Of a DNA stretch of 64,000 nucleotides, positions 37,123 through 48,378 are shown in pieces (the first letter of the stretch is position 1; each line of letters begins with the position of its first letter). Under the pieces are notes generated by a model, which had not been told where the DNA came from, searched no databases, and saw nothing but the letters and a program-made list of their open reading frames with translations. Origin of the DNA: Terriglobales bacterium (lineage in GTDB: Bacteria; Acidobacteriota; Terriglobia; Terriglobales; Acidobacteriaceae); contig JBBQWT010000004.1 in assembly GCA_038210375.1 (NCBI GenBank), positions 101,343 to 165,342 on the forward strand, in the 5' to 3' direction. The translations under genes were made by a program, and so were the position numbers.

Positions 37123-38493
37123 ATGCGTTATTTACCCAAATCCCCTGAAGACCGCAAGGCGATGATCGCGGAAATCGGCGTCAGCTCCATCGATGACCTG
37201 TTCTCGCAAATACCGGGAGAATATCGCCTGCGGCGCGACCTGCGGATTCCGCGGGCCATGGCGGAATCGGAGATCGTCGATTTCTTTCGCCAGCGCGCGT
37301 CGGAAAACGCCGCGGGGTACGCGCTCTTTCTGGGTGCGGGCGCATACCACCATTACCGTCCGGTGATCATCGACTCGCTCATCTCACGCGGAGAATTTTT
37401 CACCGCCTACACGCCCTACCAGCCCGAAATATCGCAAGGCACCTTGCAGGTAATTTTTGAATTCCAGAGCATGATCTGCGAACTGACCGGTATGGAGGTC
37501 GCCAACGCTTCGATGTACGACGGCTCCACCGGCGCCACCGAGGCCGCCATGATGGCCATGCGCCTCACCGGCCGCGACGCGGTGGTGGTGGCTAGCAGCG
37601 TGCACCCGGAATATCGCGAGGTGCTATCCACCTATGCGAAGTACCAGGGAGTAGCAATCGCGACCACCAAGTTCGGCGACGACGGCCGCGTGGACCTGGC
37701 CGCCCTCGATGAAGCGGTCACCACCGAAACCGCTTGCGTGCTGGTGCAATCCCCCAATTTCTTTGGCGTGATTGAAGATGTCGCTGCCATCGCCGATATC
37801 GCCCACAAGAAAGGCGCGCTGCTGGTCGTATCCATCGCCGAAGGGGTTTCCCTGGGAGTGGTGAAGGCGCCGGTGGAGGCCGATATCGTTTCGCTGGAAG
37901 CCCAGTCCTTCGGCGTGCCGCTGAGTTTTGGCGGGCCCTACTGCGGAGTGATTGCCACTCGCGAAAAATTCGTGCGCCAGATTCCCGGCCGCCTGGTGGG
38001 AGAAACCAAAGATAAAAAAGGGCGGCGCGGGTACGTGCTGGCGTTGAGCACGCGCGAGCAGCATATCCGCCGTGAAAAAGCGACCAGCAACATCTGCACC
38101 AACCAGGCGTTGCTGGCCACCGTGGCCACCGTGTTCCTCAGCACCTACGGGCGTGAGGGACTCAAGGAACTCGCTCAGCAAAACCTGGCCAAGGCCGCAT
38201 ACGCCGCATCCGTAATGGGGGTCAAAACCCAGGGCGCCGCTGAGTCGAAAAATGGCGCCGGCGCGGGAAAGGCCCGGGTGTTGTTTTCGGGCTCGCCGCG
38301 ATTCAACGAGTTCGTGGTGCAGACCAGCGAAGACCCGCACCACATCAACCACCGCCTGCTGGAGAAGAAAATCGTCGGCGGATTCCCTCTACAGAAATTT
38401 TATCCTGAGCTGGGCAATGCGGCCTTGTGGTGCTGCACCGAGCTCAATACCAAAGAGCAGATCGATGCCGCCGCCCGGGAGGTGAACCCGTGA
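37123..38493 (+). CDS. gcvPA: Glycine dehydrogenase (decarboxylating) subunit 1
   Basis: [27 protein letters not shown] start at 37123, 5 nt after the gcvH stop. The track ORF (36769) is an in-frame upstream extension that overlaps gcvH. Confidence 0.92.
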   Translation: MRYLPKSPEDRKAMIAEIGVSSIDDLFSQIPGEYRLRRDLRIPRAMAESEIVDFFRQRASENAAGYALFLGAGAYHHYRPVIIDSLISRGEFFTAYTPYQPEISQGTLQVIFEFQSMICELTGMEVANASMYDGSTGATEAAMMAMRLTGRDAVVVASSVHPEYREVLSTYAKYQGVAIATTKFGDDGRVDLAALDEAVTTETACVLVQSPNFFGVIEDVAAIADIAHKKGALLVVSIAEGVSLGVVKAPVEADIVSLEAQSFGVPLSFGGPYCGVIATREKFVRQIPGRLVGETKDKKGRRGYVLALSTREQHIRREKATSNICTNQALLATVATVFLSTYGREGLKELAQQNLAKAAYAASVMGVKTQGAAESKNGAGAGKARVLFSGSPRFNEFVVQTSEDPHHINHRLLEKKIVGGFPLQKFYPELGNAALWCCTELNTKEQIDAAAREVNP

Positions 38494-40025
38494 GCGAGCG
38501 AGAGAATCCCGCAGCCAGCGATCAGATCAGAAAAGTGCGGCCCCACCCCAGCCAGAATGAAGGGCTGATTTTCGAGCGCTCTTCACCCGGCAAGGCGGCC
38601 TACATGCTGCCCCCGCTGGACGTGCCTGCGGTTGACCCCAGCGCCGCCTTGGGAAATTCTGCGCGCACCGAAGATGCACGGCTTCCCGAGGTGAGCGAAT
38701 TTGAGATCATTCGCCACTTCACCCGCCTTTCCACTTGGAACTACGCGATCGATCTGGGCATGTACCCGCTGGGCAGTTGCACCATGAAGTACAACGCGCG
38801 GGTCAATGAAGTGGTGGCGCGCCTCGATGGCCTGGCCAACGCGCATCCGTACCAGCCGCAAGAGGTATCGCAGGGCGCATTGCGCATCCTGCAGACGTTG
38901 AGCGAACAGCTCATCGAGATCACCGGCATGGACGCGATCACCCTGCAGCCCGCGGCCGGCGCCCAGGGCGAGCTGACCGGCATCCTGCTAATGCGGTCCT
39001 ATCTTGAGGCGCAGGGAAACCCGCGAAAGAAAATCCTGGTGCCCGATTCCGCGCACGGCACCAACCCCGCTACCGCGGTCACCTGCGGCTACGCAGTGGA
39101 GAACCTCAAGTCCAACTCTTCGGGGATGGTGGATATTGAAGCCCTTACCCGGCAGATGAATGAAGATGTCGCCGGGTTAATGCTCACCAATCCCAATACC
39201 CTGGGCGTATTCGAGAGCGACATTCACAAGATCGCCGCCATCATTCACGAAAAAGGCGGACTGGTGTATATGGATGGCGCCAACATGAACGCGCTGGTAG
39301 GCAAAGCGCGGCCCGGGGATTTTGGCATCGACGTGATGCACATGAACCTGCACAAGACTTTTTCCACTCCGCACGGCGGAGGTGGACCGGGATCGGGGCC
39401 GGTGGCCTGCAAGAAAATCCTCGAGCCCTTTCTTCCGGTTCCCGTGATCGTCACTCAGGCGGATGGATCGCTGGCATTCGATTACGATCGTCCGCAGGCG
39501 ATTGGCCGGGTCCGTATGTACTACGGAAATTTCGGCATGCATGTGCGCGCCCTGGCGTATATCCAGGCCAACGGCCCCGACGGCTTGCGGCAGACCACCG
39601 AAGATGCGGTGCTCAACGCCAATTACATTCGCAAGAAGCTTGAGGACGTGTACGAACTGCCTTTCAAAGCGCCCAGCATGCACGAGGTGGTGTTCAGCCA
39701 CCGTCTGCAGGCCCCCAGAGGAGTGAAGACCGGCGACATCGCCAAGCGCCTCATGGATTACGGGTTTCATCCTTATACAACCGCGTTTCCCGCCATTGTG
39801 GCAGACCATGGCGCCATCATGATCGAGCCCACGGAAAGCGAGCCCAAGGAGGAGATCGACCTGTTCATCGCGGCCATGCGCAGCATCGCCCAGGAAGCCC
39901 AGGACAACCCCGAGATCATTCTCACCGCGCCCCACACCACCCGGGTCCTGCGCATGGATGAGACCACCGCCAACCGCAAACCGGTGCTGCGCTACGCTCA
40001 TCAGGCGAAAGTGCCGGCAGAATAG
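38490..40025 (+). CDS. gcvPB: Glycine dehydrogenase (decarboxylating) subunit 2
   Basis: GTGA start/stop overlap with gcvPA at 38490-38493. PLP-region motif [16 protein letters not shown]. Confidence 0.92.
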   Translation: MSERENPAASDQIRKVRPHPSQNEGLIFERSSPGKAAYMLPPLDVPAVDPSAALGNSARTEDARLPEVSEFEIIRHFTRLSTWNYAIDLGMYPLGSCTMKYNARVNEVVARLDGLANAHPYQPQEVSQGALRILQTLSEQLIEITGMDAITLQPAAGAQGELTGILLMRSYLEAQGNPRKKILVPDSAHGTNPATAVTCGYAVENLKSNSSGMVDIEALTRQMNEDVAGLMLTNPNTLGVFESDIHKIAAIIHEKGGLVYMDGANMNALVGKARPGDFGIDVMHMNLHKTFSTPHGGGGPGSGPVACKKILEPFLPVPVIVTQADGSLAFDYDRPQAIGRVRMYYGNFGMHVRALAYIQANGPDGLRQTTEDAVLNANYIRKKLEDVYELPFKAPSMHEVVFSHRLQAPRGVKTGDIAKRLMDYGFHPYTTAFPAIVADHGAIMIEPTESEPKEEIDLFIAAMRSIAQEAQDNPEIILTAPHTTRVLRMDETTANRKPVLRYAHQAKVPAE

Positions 40026-40041
40026 GGAAGCGCGTTCCCTT

Positions 40042-40302
40042 ATGTCAGTCTTCGAAGACAAGAAAGATGATCTGGAACGCTACGAGTTCATGATGGGCGT
40101 TCCCCGCGGCCGCCTGGCGGTGACCATGGATACGCTCACCGACGCTTTGATCCTGGTGGGGCAGCACGGGGTGTATTGCCGCAGCAATAAAAATCCCGCC
40201 AAACCCGCGATGGATATCGAGTTGGTCATGAAGTCGATCAACCAGGCCAAGGAGCTGGTGGGAACGGTGATGGAAGAATTGCGCAAGGAAAAAGAACAAT
40301 AA
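40042..40302 (+). CDS. Hypothetical small protein (86 aa)
   Basis: ATG at 40042 just after the gcvPB stop. Reads MSVFEDKKDDLERYEFMMGVPRGRL... with no recognised motif. Confidence 0.4.
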   Translation: MSVFEDKKDDLERYEFMMGVPRGRLAVTMDTLTDALILVGQHGVYCRSNKNPAKPAMDIELVMKSINQAKELVGTVMEELRKEKEQ

Positions 40303-40323
40303 AATAACCAGCGAGAGGGAATC

Positions 40324-40908
40324 ATGAAAATGAATTGGAAAAATGCATTGCGAGGTCTATTGCTGTGTGCGCTGGTGGTAGCGGGAATGAACAGTCAATC
40401 CGCGGCGCAAACCGTCACCATGGAGCCGGGGGCGGTGAAAAGCCCCAAGCCTCCGTTGAAGAGCCCGCGCGGTTCCGCCGATGTGACCCTTGACGGCAAG
40501 AAAATCACCGTCGATTACGGCCGGCCGTACATGCGCGGCCGCAAAATCATGGGAGGCCTCGTGCCCTACGGCCAGGTCTGGCGCACCGGCGCCAACGCCG
40601 CTACCGGTTTCGTCACCGCGACTGACATCACGGTCGGCGGGGTGGCGGTTCCCAAAGGCTCTTACACCCTCTATACCCTGCCGACCGCGGATGGATGGAA
40701 GCTGATCATCAACAAGCAGACCGGGCAGTGGGGAACCGAGTACGACCAAACTAAAGACCTGGCCCGCATCGATATGAAGAAAGAGAAGCTGAACGCAACT
40801 CTCGATCAGTTCACCATTTCGTTCGACAGGAAGGGTGACGACAAGGCAGAGATGATTTTCGACTGGGAGAACACGCGGATTTCCGTGCCCATCGCGGTGA
40901 AGAAGTAA
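40324..40908 (+). CDS. Secreted DUF2911-family protein
   Basis: Signal peptide. The pattern YGRPYMRGRKIMGGLVPYGQVWRTGANAAT..VGGV.VPKGSYTLYTLP....WKLIINKQTGQWG is typical of DUF2911. Confidence 0.7.
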   Translation: MKMNWKNALRGLLLCALVVAGMNSQSAAQTVTMEPGAVKSPKPPLKSPRGSADVTLDGKKITVDYGRPYMRGRKIMGGLVPYGQVWRTGANAATGFVTATDITVGGVAVPKGSYTLYTLPTADGWKLIINKQTGQWGTEYDQTKDLARIDMKKEKLNATLDQFTISFDRKGDDKAEMIFDWENTRISVPIAVKK

Positions 40909-41067
40909 TTCAGCAGGCTGAAGCCTGGTGCTCCCACCCGAAGAGCAAGAACGCTTCTTCGCCCTCTGATTTCGTTAAGGAGATGACTGCTAAGAAGCCG
41001 ATCTAGAGTAATTCCACCGGGGAATTTCCCTCAACACAATGTGGAGACGCGCGCCCGCACACCTTCG

Positions 41068-41484
41068 TCAGCGTGAGAGGTTCACTGAGATTGCCAGCGC
41101 CTCCTCGCAGCTCTCGGCCTCTCCCTGCGCCACCAGGCACGCGTCACGAAATTGCAGTACCCGGTAGCATCCATCCCCATAAATCACTTGCACGCTGAAA
41201 GCGCTGAGGCCAACTGGGTAGTATGCCAACTGGCTGCCGCCTGCATCGCTCACCAGGGTGGCAAGATCGGGCCAGTAGCCTTGCAGGTTCCACTCGTCGG
41301 CGGGAATCGACCTCGGGAATGCCGCCAGACGGCTGCCCAGGTGCGGATGCCATCCGGCGGAAAAGTATTCGAGACGGGGCAGATTGACTGCGGGTGGATG
41401 CGGGCAGTCCGATGCGCTGGGAAAATCTGATAAGGGAACCGCAGTGACCGCGGGATGGAACGAGTTCAGTTCGAATGCTTGCAT
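41068..41484 (-). CDS. Hypothetical protein
   Basis: ATG at 41484 with GGAGGA 9 nt upstream. Reads MQAFELNSFHPAVTAVPL... The alternative overlapping frame (41144-41557) is Arg-rich and looks out of frame. Confidence 0.4.
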   Translation of the reverse strand: MQAFELNSFHPAVTAVPLSDFPSASDCPHPPAVNLPRLEYFSAGWHPHLGSRLAAFPRSIPADEWNLQGYWPDLATLVSDAGGSQLAYYPVGLSAFSVQVIYGDGCYRVLQFRDACLVAQGEAESCEEALAISVNLSR

Positions 41485-41829
41485 GATGCATGCTCCTCCG
41501 GTAATTGGCATGCACCAGGAGCCGAAAACCAAAAAGACCGCCAAATAGGAAAACCATCAGGCGGTCGAAACTTTCTTCGGGGAGACTTTTTTTCAGAAAA
41601 ACTGCTTCTGCTCATCGAGCTTTCGCTCAAGGCACCGTGGCGTCTCCTGCCCCGGTTGCCGGACCCTCTCGGGTCTCTCCTGATGTGAATGCAATGTATC
41701 ACGCCGGGGAGTTGGGCTGCAAATCCGGGACGAACACAGGGGTTGAGAAGTACAGCCGATCCCGCCACAGGCAGCATTCTGGCCGATACAATAGTTGTGA
41801 AACTGTTCCGCGTAATCCAACACCCCGAG

Positions 41830-42912
41830 ATGATTACCCAGGCGCTGCAGAAAATTATCGATCGCCGTGAATCACTTACCCGCGAGGAGGCCCGCGCGGT
41901 CATGGGTGAAGTTCTCTCCGGGGGAGCCAGCCAATCCCAGATCTGCTCGCTGCTGGTGGCTTTGCGCATGAAGGAAGAGACGGTCGAAGAGATCGTGGGA
42001 TTTGCCGAAGCCATTCGCGCGGCGGCTGCACCCCTGCCGGATGCGGACGGCGCCGGGTCGCGGCGTTCTCGAAACGCTGATCCCGCCGCTCTCGATGTGA
42101 GCGGCACCGAGCGCGATGCCTTGGTGGATACCTGCGGTACCGGCGGCGATTCCAGCAATACTTTTAATATTTCCACCTTGAGCGCACTGATCGTTGCCGG
42201 GGCGGGCGTGCGCGTCGCCAAGCATGGCAACCGCAGCGTGACCTCGAAATGCGGCTCGGCGGACGTGATGGAAGCGCTGGGCGTCAAGATCGATATGCCG
42301 TGGGCGCGCACCGCCGAATGTCTGCGCGAAGTCGGTATTGCGTTTTTGTTTGCTCCCGCGATCCACACTGCCATGCGGCACGTGCAGCCCGCGCGCAAAG
42401 AATTGCGGCTGCGGACAGTGTTTAACTTGCTGGGACCCCTGACCAACCCGGTAGGAGCATCCGCGCAAGTGGTGGGTGTTTATTCCGAGGCCCTGGTCCC
42501 CAAGCTGGCTGAAGTTTTTGTGCGTCTGGGTGTGAAGCGCGCCCTGGTGGTGCATGGGCATGACGGGCTCGATGAGATTACGATCAGCGGGCCCTCCACG
42601 GTGGGCGAAGTGCGCGACGGAGCGGTGAAGGTCTACCAGGTGGCGCCGGAAGATTTTGGCATTGGCCGGGCGCCGCTCGACGAAATCAGCGGAGGGGACG
42701 CGCCCACCAACGCCGCGCTCATTGGCGAGGTGCTCGACGGACAGAAATCAGCGCGCCGCGATGTGGGATTGATGAACGCCTGTGCCGCTCTGTTTGCCGC
42801 CGGCGAATCGGCTTCGCTCACCGGGGCGATGAAAAGCGCCAGCCATTCGCTCGATTCCGGCAGCGCGCGCCATAAGCTCCAGGCGCTGGCACAATTTACC
42901 CATCGATATTAA
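41830..42912 (+). CDS. trpD: Anthranilate phosphoribosyltransferase
   Basis: [31 protein letters not shown]...[15 protein letters not shown] start. Motifs CGTGGD, KHGNRS and NLLGPLTNP. The track ORF is extended upstream to 41689. Confidence 0.9.
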   Translation: MITQALQKIIDRRESLTREEARAVMGEVLSGGASQSQICSLLVALRMKEETVEEIVGFAEAIRAAAAPLPDADGAGSRRSRNADPAALDVSGTERDALVDTCGTGGDSSNTFNISTLSALIVAGAGVRVAKHGNRSVTSKCGSADVMEALGVKIDMPWARTAECLREVGIAFLFAPAIHTAMRHVQPARKELRLRTVFNLLGPLTNPVGASAQVVGVYSEALVPKLAEVFVRLGVKRALVVHGHDGLDEITISGPSTVGEVRDGAVKVYQVAPEDFGIGRAPLDEISGGDAPTNAALIGEVLDGQKSARRDVGLMNACAALFAAGESASLTGAMKSASHSLDSGSARHKLQALAQFTHRY

Positions 42913-42941
42913 ATTTGCTTGATTGAACCGAGGAGGACGCC

Positions 42942-43802
42942 ATGGCGCCCCGCACCGAATACAGGAAATTAGAGCCGCTGCCCCAGGCGGAATCGGCTTT
43001 CGAGCTATGGATCCAGTGGCTGGACGAGCAGTTTACCCAGCACCCGGATGCTGAAACCCGCAGCGAGATCGTGCGCGACGTGCTTTTTTCGCTCTACACC
43101 GGGCGGCCGCCCGAAGAAGCCAGGCTGGCTGAGAAGCCCGGCGCCACTGCAGCGCAGGTCATGATGCATAACTTTGACCCGCGCAACGCCACCCTCGAAC
43201 CCGAGCATTACGGAGACGTCGATGCCGGGAAATATGCGGTGCGAAAACCCCTGATCTGGTTCTGGATGATGTATGACCGTTCGCCGGTAGGGTTAAACCA
43301 TGCTCTGGGTTATAAAGTGAGGGCCATGGTGGCGCGGCACGTGCTCAAACACCTGGGCAAGAACGTAAAGATCTTTCACGGGGTGGAAATTTCGTTCGGT
43401 TACAACCTGACCATTGAAGACAACTGCGTGATCCATAAGTATGTGTTGCTCGATGACCGCGGGGAGATCGTAATCCGCGAAGGCTCATCCATTTCCGACT
43501 ACGCGAACATCTACTCCCACGCGCACGACCTGAACGATGGCATGATCATTACCAACCAGCGCACCGAAGTGGGACCGCGCGCGCGCGTGACGTACCACGC
43601 CACGGTTTTAAGCGGGGTTACGGTTGGGGAGCACGCGATCGTCGGATCCATGGGAGTGGCGTCAAAGAATGTCGAGGCCTTCCACGTGGTAGCGGGAATC
43701 CCCGCCAAAACGGTGAAGATCAAAACCATCGCGCCCCAGGAAATCAGGGATAAAACTGCCGCGCCGGCGGGCGTCGAGGCGCCTGCCATTGGCGAGGGCT
43801 AG
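42942..43802 (+). CDS. Hexapeptide-repeat (left-handed beta-helix) acyl/acetyltransferase with a unique ~120-aa N-terminal region
   Basis: The C-terminal half has imperfect hexapeptide repeats (IFHGVEISFGYNLTIEDNCVIHKYVLL..., VGEHAIVGSMGVASKNVEAFHVVAGIPAK). Confidence 0.7.
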   Translation: MAPRTEYRKLEPLPQAESAFELWIQWLDEQFTQHPDAETRSEIVRDVLFSLYTGRPPEEARLAEKPGATAAQVMMHNFDPRNATLEPEHYGDVDAGKYAVRKPLIWFWMMYDRSPVGLNHALGYKVRAMVARHVLKHLGKNVKIFHGVEISFGYNLTIEDNCVIHKYVLLDDRGEIVIREGSSISDYANIYSHAHDLNDGMIITNQRTEVGPRARVTYHATVLSGVTVGEHAIVGSMGVASKNVEAFHVVAGIPAKTVKIKTIAPQEIRDKTAAPAGVEAPAIGEG

Positions 43803-43879
43803 AACACCCCGGCGGCAAGCCAAAATTGCGCCGCAGCCAATCCAGACGCTCGTAAAGTGCGTGTTAACATTGAAGCTGG

Positions 43880-44560
43880 ATGACGCTTGAACACGTAGAT
43901 ATTTTCTTCCAAATCATCGTATTTTTATTCGCTATCAGCGTGCATGAGTCGGCGCACGCGTGGACCGCCCTGCGCCGCGGCGACGCTACGGCATACATGC
44001 TCGGCCGGGTGACGCTTAATCCCCTGAAGCATATAGATCCCATCGGCACCGTTCTGCTGCCGGCGCTGGCGTTGTTCACCCACTTGCCCTTGATTGGCTG
44101 GGCCAAGCCCACCCCGGTCAATACCCGAAATTTCAAGAACCTGGTGCTGGATGACGTACTGACCAGCGTCGCCGGACCGGTGAGCAATTTTTTACTGGCC
44201 ACCATCGCCACCCTATTGCTCCTGGCTATTTCACTCGTCTCCCCCATCGGGAAAGAAATGGTGAGAAACATTACCCAGAACACGATCACCGACAGCGCAT
44301 CCATGCTCATGCCTTTCGTCATGATTCTTTATGACGCCATGATCATCAACGTGCTGCTGGGCCTGTTCAACCTGATTCCCATTCCTCCCTTGGATGGCAG
44401 CCACGTTCTGCGCCATTTCCTGCCGATGGGTGCACAGAAAGCCTATGACTCGGTGGGAATATTCGGCCTGCTGCTCCTGTTCACGGTCGGCCGGTGGCTG
44501 CTGCGCTTCATGATGGATCCCATCGTCAACACTATCAACGCCGTGCTAACGAGTTTTTGA
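43880..44560 (+). CDS. Site-2 protease family (peptidase M50) membrane metalloprotease
   Basis: HESAHAW zinc motif in the first TM segment. NPLKHIDPIGT and NLIPIPPLDGSH motifs. Confidence 0.88.
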   Translation: MTLEHVDIFFQIIVFLFAISVHESAHAWTALRRGDATAYMLGRVTLNPLKHIDPIGTVLLPALALFTHLPLIGWAKPTPVNTRNFKNLVLDDVLTSVAGPVSNFLLATIATLLLLAISLVSPIGKEMVRNITQNTITDSASMLMPFVMILYDAMIINVLLGLFNLIPIPPLDGSHVLRHFLPMGAQKAYDSVGIFGLLLLFTVGRWLLRFMMDPIVNTINAVLTSF

Positions 44561-45711
44561 TGGATCCTAATCTCCCCAACTCTTCTCACGCATCGCCACC
44601 CCCGGCTTCCGACGAGGCTTCGCCCCCGGCGAATCGTTCGTCCGCAGCCCGGTCGGCGTCGCAATCGAAACATACGCCGCCCCGCGTGCTGAGCGGCATG
44701 CGTGCCACCGGCAAGCTTCACCTGGGAAACTACGTCGGCGCCCTGACCAACTGGATTGCGTTGCAATCGCAATACGATTGCTATTTTTTTATCGCCGACT
44801 GGCACGCTCTCACCACCGACTTTGGCGATACCTCGATGATCAAGGCGAACTCCCTCGAGGTCACCATGGACTGGCTGGCTGCGGGCCTCGATCCTGAAAA
44901 ATCGACGCTCTTTATCCAGTCGCACGTCCCCCAGCACGCGGAATTGCATTTGCTGCTGTCGATGATCACGCCCCTGGGCTGGCTGGAACGGGTGCCTACC
45001 TATAAGGAACAGAAAGAAAATATTCAGGACAAGGACCTCGGCAACTACGGGTTCCTGGGGTATCCGGTGCTGCAATCCGCCGACATCCTGATCTACCAGG
45101 CGGAGTTTGTTCCGGTGGGCGAAGACCAGGTGGCCCACATCGAGCTTACGCGCGAGCTGGCGCGGCGCTTCAATAGTTTCTATCCCGGCGCCCGCGAGTT
45201 TGTCTTTCCCGAGCCTAAGCACCTGCTGACCAAATCCGCGCGACTACCCGGCACCGATGGGCGCAAGATGTCAAAATCGTACGACAACTACATTTTGCTC
45301 AGCGATCCCGAGCCGGTCATCCGCAAGAAGCTCAAGACCATGGTGACCGATCCGCATCGCGTCCGCCGCTCCGATCCGGGGAACCCCGATATCTGCCCCG
45401 TGGGGGACCTGCACAAAATATTCAGCTCCGCGGAGACGCTGAAGAACGTTTACGCGGGGTGCACCACCGCGGGTATTGGATGCATAGAATGCAAGGGATG
45501 GGCCAGCGACGCCATCGTACAAACCGTGGCGCCGCTGCAGGAGCGCCGCCGCCAGTATGAAAACAAGCCAAAACTGGCGTGGGATATACTCGCGGCAGGT
45601 TCCGGCAAGGCGCGGCGGATTGCGCGGCAGACGATGGATGAAGTTCGCGAGGCCATGCATATGTCAAAGGAATTTGATGAGCTGCCGGCGGCTAACACTC
45701 CCGCGCCGTAG
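44560..45711 (+). CDS. trpS: Tryptophan--tRNA ligase
   Basis: ATG at 44560 overlaps the M50 stop (TGATG). Motifs GKLHLGNYVGAL (HIGH-type) and KMSKS. A ~45-aa Ser/Pro/Ala-rich N-terminal extension is present. Confidence 0.92.
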   Translation: MDPNLPNSSHASPPPASDEASPPANRSSAARSASQSKHTPPRVLSGMRATGKLHLGNYVGALTNWIALQSQYDCYFFIADWHALTTDFGDTSMIKANSLEVTMDWLAAGLDPEKSTLFIQSHVPQHAELHLLLSMITPLGWLERVPTYKEQKENIQDKDLGNYGFLGYPVLQSADILIYQAEFVPVGEDQVAHIELTRELARRFNSFYPGAREFVFPEPKHLLTKSARLPGTDGRKMSKSYDNYILLSDPEPVIRKKLKTMVTDPHRVRRSDPGNPDICPVGDLHKIFSSAETLKNVYAGCTTAGIGCIECKGWASDAIVQTVAPLQERRRQYENKPKLAWDILAAGSGKARRIARQTMDEVREAMHMSKEFDELPAANTPAP

Positions 45712-45783
45712 CCTGTCCCTTTAAAAATTGGCCCCACAATGTGGGGCGGCGGCGTTTGACTTCAGGCGTGGAAAGCGGATTTC

Positions 45784-46641
45784 ATGGCGGATAAAACGAC
45801 GCTCCCTGATTCAGCCGGCAACCCACAGGCTTCCCCCGTTCCATCAGAAAAAAAGACCACCGCGGAACACGAGTCGCTCTACTCCATCAAGGTGGAAGAT
45901 GTTTACGACGGGCCGCTTGACCTGCTGCTGGATTTGCTGCGCAAGCAGGACATCAACATCTACGACATTCCCATCGCCCGCATCACCGCGCAGTACCTCG
46001 CTTACGTGGAGCGCATCAAGCATCTCGATGTGAACGTGGCCGCTGAATTTATTTACATGGCGTCGGTGCTGATCCAGATCAAGTCGCGCATGCTGTTGCC
46101 GCGCGATCCCACGGCGCCCGCGGGCGAAGACGATGATCCGCGGAGCGAGCTGGTGGAACGCCTGCTGGAGCATGAGAAATTCAAGAATGCGGCGCAGATG
46201 CTGCTGCAGAAACAGCACGTCGAAGAGGCGGTGTGGAGCAATCCCGCGCTGCGTGAATTCTTTGAGGACCCCGGAGCCGAGGCCGAGCTGGCCACCGACG
46301 TGGTTGACCTGGCGCGCGCGTTTCAGCAGATATTGAAGCGGGCGCGGACGGAACCGGTTTTGCAGGTGGATGAGGAAGCGGTCACGGTGGGGCAGATGGT
46401 GGATTTTATCCGGCGGCGGCTGCTGTTCGAGGAGCGCCCGGTGGCGCTGAAACGTCTGTTGCAGCATACTCATTCGCAGGCGGCTTTGATATGTTGTTTC
46501 CTCGCTTTGCTCGAACTGGTGCGGCTGCAGGCGATCGTGCTGCGCCAGGACCGCGCCTACGGGGAAATATTGCTCAAGAAACATGTGATGTTTGACACCG
46601 TGTTCGCCGATGGCGCCGCGGTGCGTGATGACTGGAGATAA
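45784..46641 (+). CDS. scpA: Segregation and condensation protein A
   Basis: The pattern EDVYDGPLDLLLDLLRKQDINIYDIPIARITAQYL is typical of ScpA, and the gene is followed by scpB. Confidence 0.9.
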   Translation: MADKTTLPDSAGNPQASPVPSEKKTTAEHESLYSIKVEDVYDGPLDLLLDLLRKQDINIYDIPIARITAQYLAYVERIKHLDVNVAAEFIYMASVLIQIKSRMLLPRDPTAPAGEDDDPRSELVERLLEHEKFKNAAQMLLQKQHVEEAVWSNPALREFFEDPGAEAELATDVVDLARAFQQILKRARTEPVLQVDEEAVTVGQMVDFIRRRLLFEERPVALKRLLQHTHSQAALICCFLALLELVRLQAIVLRQDRAYGEILLKKHVMFDTVFADGAAVRDDWR

Positions 46642-46656
46642 GATTTCTATTCAACC

Positions 46657-47454
46657 ATGAGTATTAGAGCCCAGGTCGAAGCCATTATCTACGCCACCGA
46701 AGAGCCCGCCAGCGTTGACCAGATCGCCGCCGCGCTTAAAGACATGGTGAGCGCCGAAGAGCTGGTTCCCGCCGGCATCACCGGTGAAGATGGTGTTCAG
46801 TTGGAAACGGCGCCGGGCGACGCAGAAAGCGACGCCGCTTCTCCGCAGCTTACTCCGGCCGAGTTCAAGGCCGCGCTGCGGGCCAGAATCAAATCCGAAA
46901 TCGCAGGCTTGATCGCAGACTACGCGGCTGCGGACCGCGGCATGGAGATTCGCGAGGTGGCGGGCGGATACCGCATGTCCACCAAGCCCGAGCAGCATGA
47001 TTCGGTGCGGGCCTTCGCCAGGACCCTCAAGGCGCCGGTGCGCCTGTCGCTGCCCGCGCTGGAAACCCTTGCGGTCATCGCTTACAAGCAGCCGGCGACC
47101 GCGCCCGAGATTTCAGAGATTCGCGGCGTCGATGCTTCCGGAGTGCTGGCCACCCTGCTCGATCGCAAGCTCATTACCACCGCTGGGCGCAAGGCGGTGG
47201 TGGGGCGGCCCATCCTTTATAAGACCACCAAAGAATTCCTTCTGCGTTTCGGTTTGAATGATCTAGGCGACCTGCCCAGCATGGAAGAATTCGAAAAATT
47301 GATTGGCGACGGCCAGGGCGATCTTTTTGCCGCCGAGGCCATGGCCGACGCCACCGGAGTGCCCGACCTGCCGCCGGAACCCGGCGCCCAGGAAAATACC
47401 GCCCAGCCAGGGCCGGAAGATCCGCAGACTGAATCGATCCCTCCCGAAGCGTAG
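46657..47454 (+). CDS. scpB: Segregation and condensation protein B
   Basis: EAIIYATEEPASVDQIA ... GGYRMSTKPE ... LSLPALETLAVIAYKQP.T..EI..IRGVD pattern. Confidence 0.9.
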   Translation: MSIRAQVEAIIYATEEPASVDQIAAALKDMVSAEELVPAGITGEDGVQLETAPGDAESDAASPQLTPAEFKAALRARIKSEIAGLIADYAAADRGMEIREVAGGYRMSTKPEQHDSVRAFARTLKAPVRLSLPALETLAVIAYKQPATAPEISEIRGVDASGVLATLLDRKLITTAGRKAVVGRPILYKTTKEFLLRFGLNDLGDLPSMEEFEKLIGDGQGDLFAAEAMADATGVPDLPPEPGAQENTAQPGPEDPQTESIPPEA

Positions 47455-47540
47455 TCTTTTTGGCCAGTTGAAGCGTGATCCTGCGCTTCCCATGGGCCTA
47501 TCCACGATATCGTCACACTGAAACCAGGAGCATCCTGCAC

Positions 47541-48302
47541 ATGAATGAACGACTGCAGAAAATTATTGCCGGGCAGGGAATCACCTCCCGGCGCAAAGCG
47601 GAGGACATGATCACGACCGGGCGGGTATCGGTGAACGGGCAGATCGTCTCCGAGCTCGGCGCCAAAGCTGATATTGAGAAAGACCACATTCGGGTGGACG
47701 GCAAACTTCTCAAGGGCCAGCAGCGCGAAATTCACATCATGCTCAACAAGCCGCGGGGATATGTATCGACGGTTTCCGATCCCGAAGGCAGGCCCACGGT
47801 GATGGACCTGGTGAAGCATGCCGGCGCGCGCGTGTATCCCGTAGGACGGCTGGATTACCTCAGCGAGGGGCTGCTTTTGCTGACCAACGATGGCGAACTG
47901 GCGTTCAAACTCACCCGCGCGGCTTCCGGCGTGCCTAAGACCTACCTGGTAAAAGTAAGCGGCAGGCCCGCGGAACCGTTGATCGAAAAACTGCGGGGCG
48001 GGGTGATGATCGGCGGCCAGCAGCCGGGCCCGAAGCTGCGGCGATTGAAAACAGCGCCCGCGAAGATCAAGCTGATCAAGGACGCGGATAATCCCTGGTA
48101 CGAAGTGACGCTGATCGAAGGCAAGAACCGCCAGTTGAGGCGCATGTTCGAGGAGATTGGCCACCATGTGGAAAAGATCCGCCGTGTGGGATATGGCGCG
48201 CTCAAGCTGGATGTGCCTCCGGGCGAGTTTCGAACCCTGAGCTCGGTCGAGATCAATAGCCTGCGCGGTAAGAAAGCGCCGGCGGAGAAAGCTCGCCGGT
48301 AA
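47541..48302 (+). CDS. rluB: 23S rRNA pseudouridine synthase, RsuA/RluB family
   Basis: AGGAG lies 10 nt upstream of the ATG at 47541. S4 domain (RLQKIIAGQGITSRRKAEDMI..GRVSVNG) and catalytic motif GRLDYLSEGLLLLTNDGE. Confidence 0.88.
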   Translation: MNERLQKIIAGQGITSRRKAEDMITTGRVSVNGQIVSELGAKADIEKDHIRVDGKLLKGQQREIHIMLNKPRGYVSTVSDPEGRPTVMDLVKHAGARVYPVGRLDYLSEGLLLLTNDGELAFKLTRAASGVPKTYLVKVSGRPAEPLIEKLRGGVMIGGQQPGPKLRRLKTAPAKIKLIKDADNPWYEVTLIEGKNRQLRRMFEEIGHHVEKIRRVGYGALKLDVPPGEFRTLSSVEINSLRGKKAPAEKARR

Positions 48303-48378
48303 GAAACCCGCGCTGTCAAACAGCGACACCCTCGCGAGCGAAGAGTCATGGAATTGCTATTCGGGGCGATCATCCCAC

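Noticed and set aside
39177-40061. 294-aa minus-strand ORF
   Set aside because: It is antisense to gcvPB. The same reasoning applies to the other shadow ORFs: 7324-8166, 23151-23969, 35668-36306, 44443-45222, 45844-46584, 50132-50821 and 61283-62020.
41144-41557. Alternative 137-aa frame overlapping the hypothetical gene at 41068-41484
   Set aside because: It has Arg/Ser/Pro-rich shadow-like composition. The other frame has a better SD (GGAGGA, 9-nt spacing) and a more protein-like composition. Neither frame is strongly supported.
41466-42446. 326-aa minus-strand ORF
   Set aside because: It is antisense to trpD and has Arg/Ser/Ala-rich shadow composition.
47217-48329. 370-aa minus-strand ORF
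   Set aside because: It is antisense to rluB and the end of scpB, both supported by motifs.
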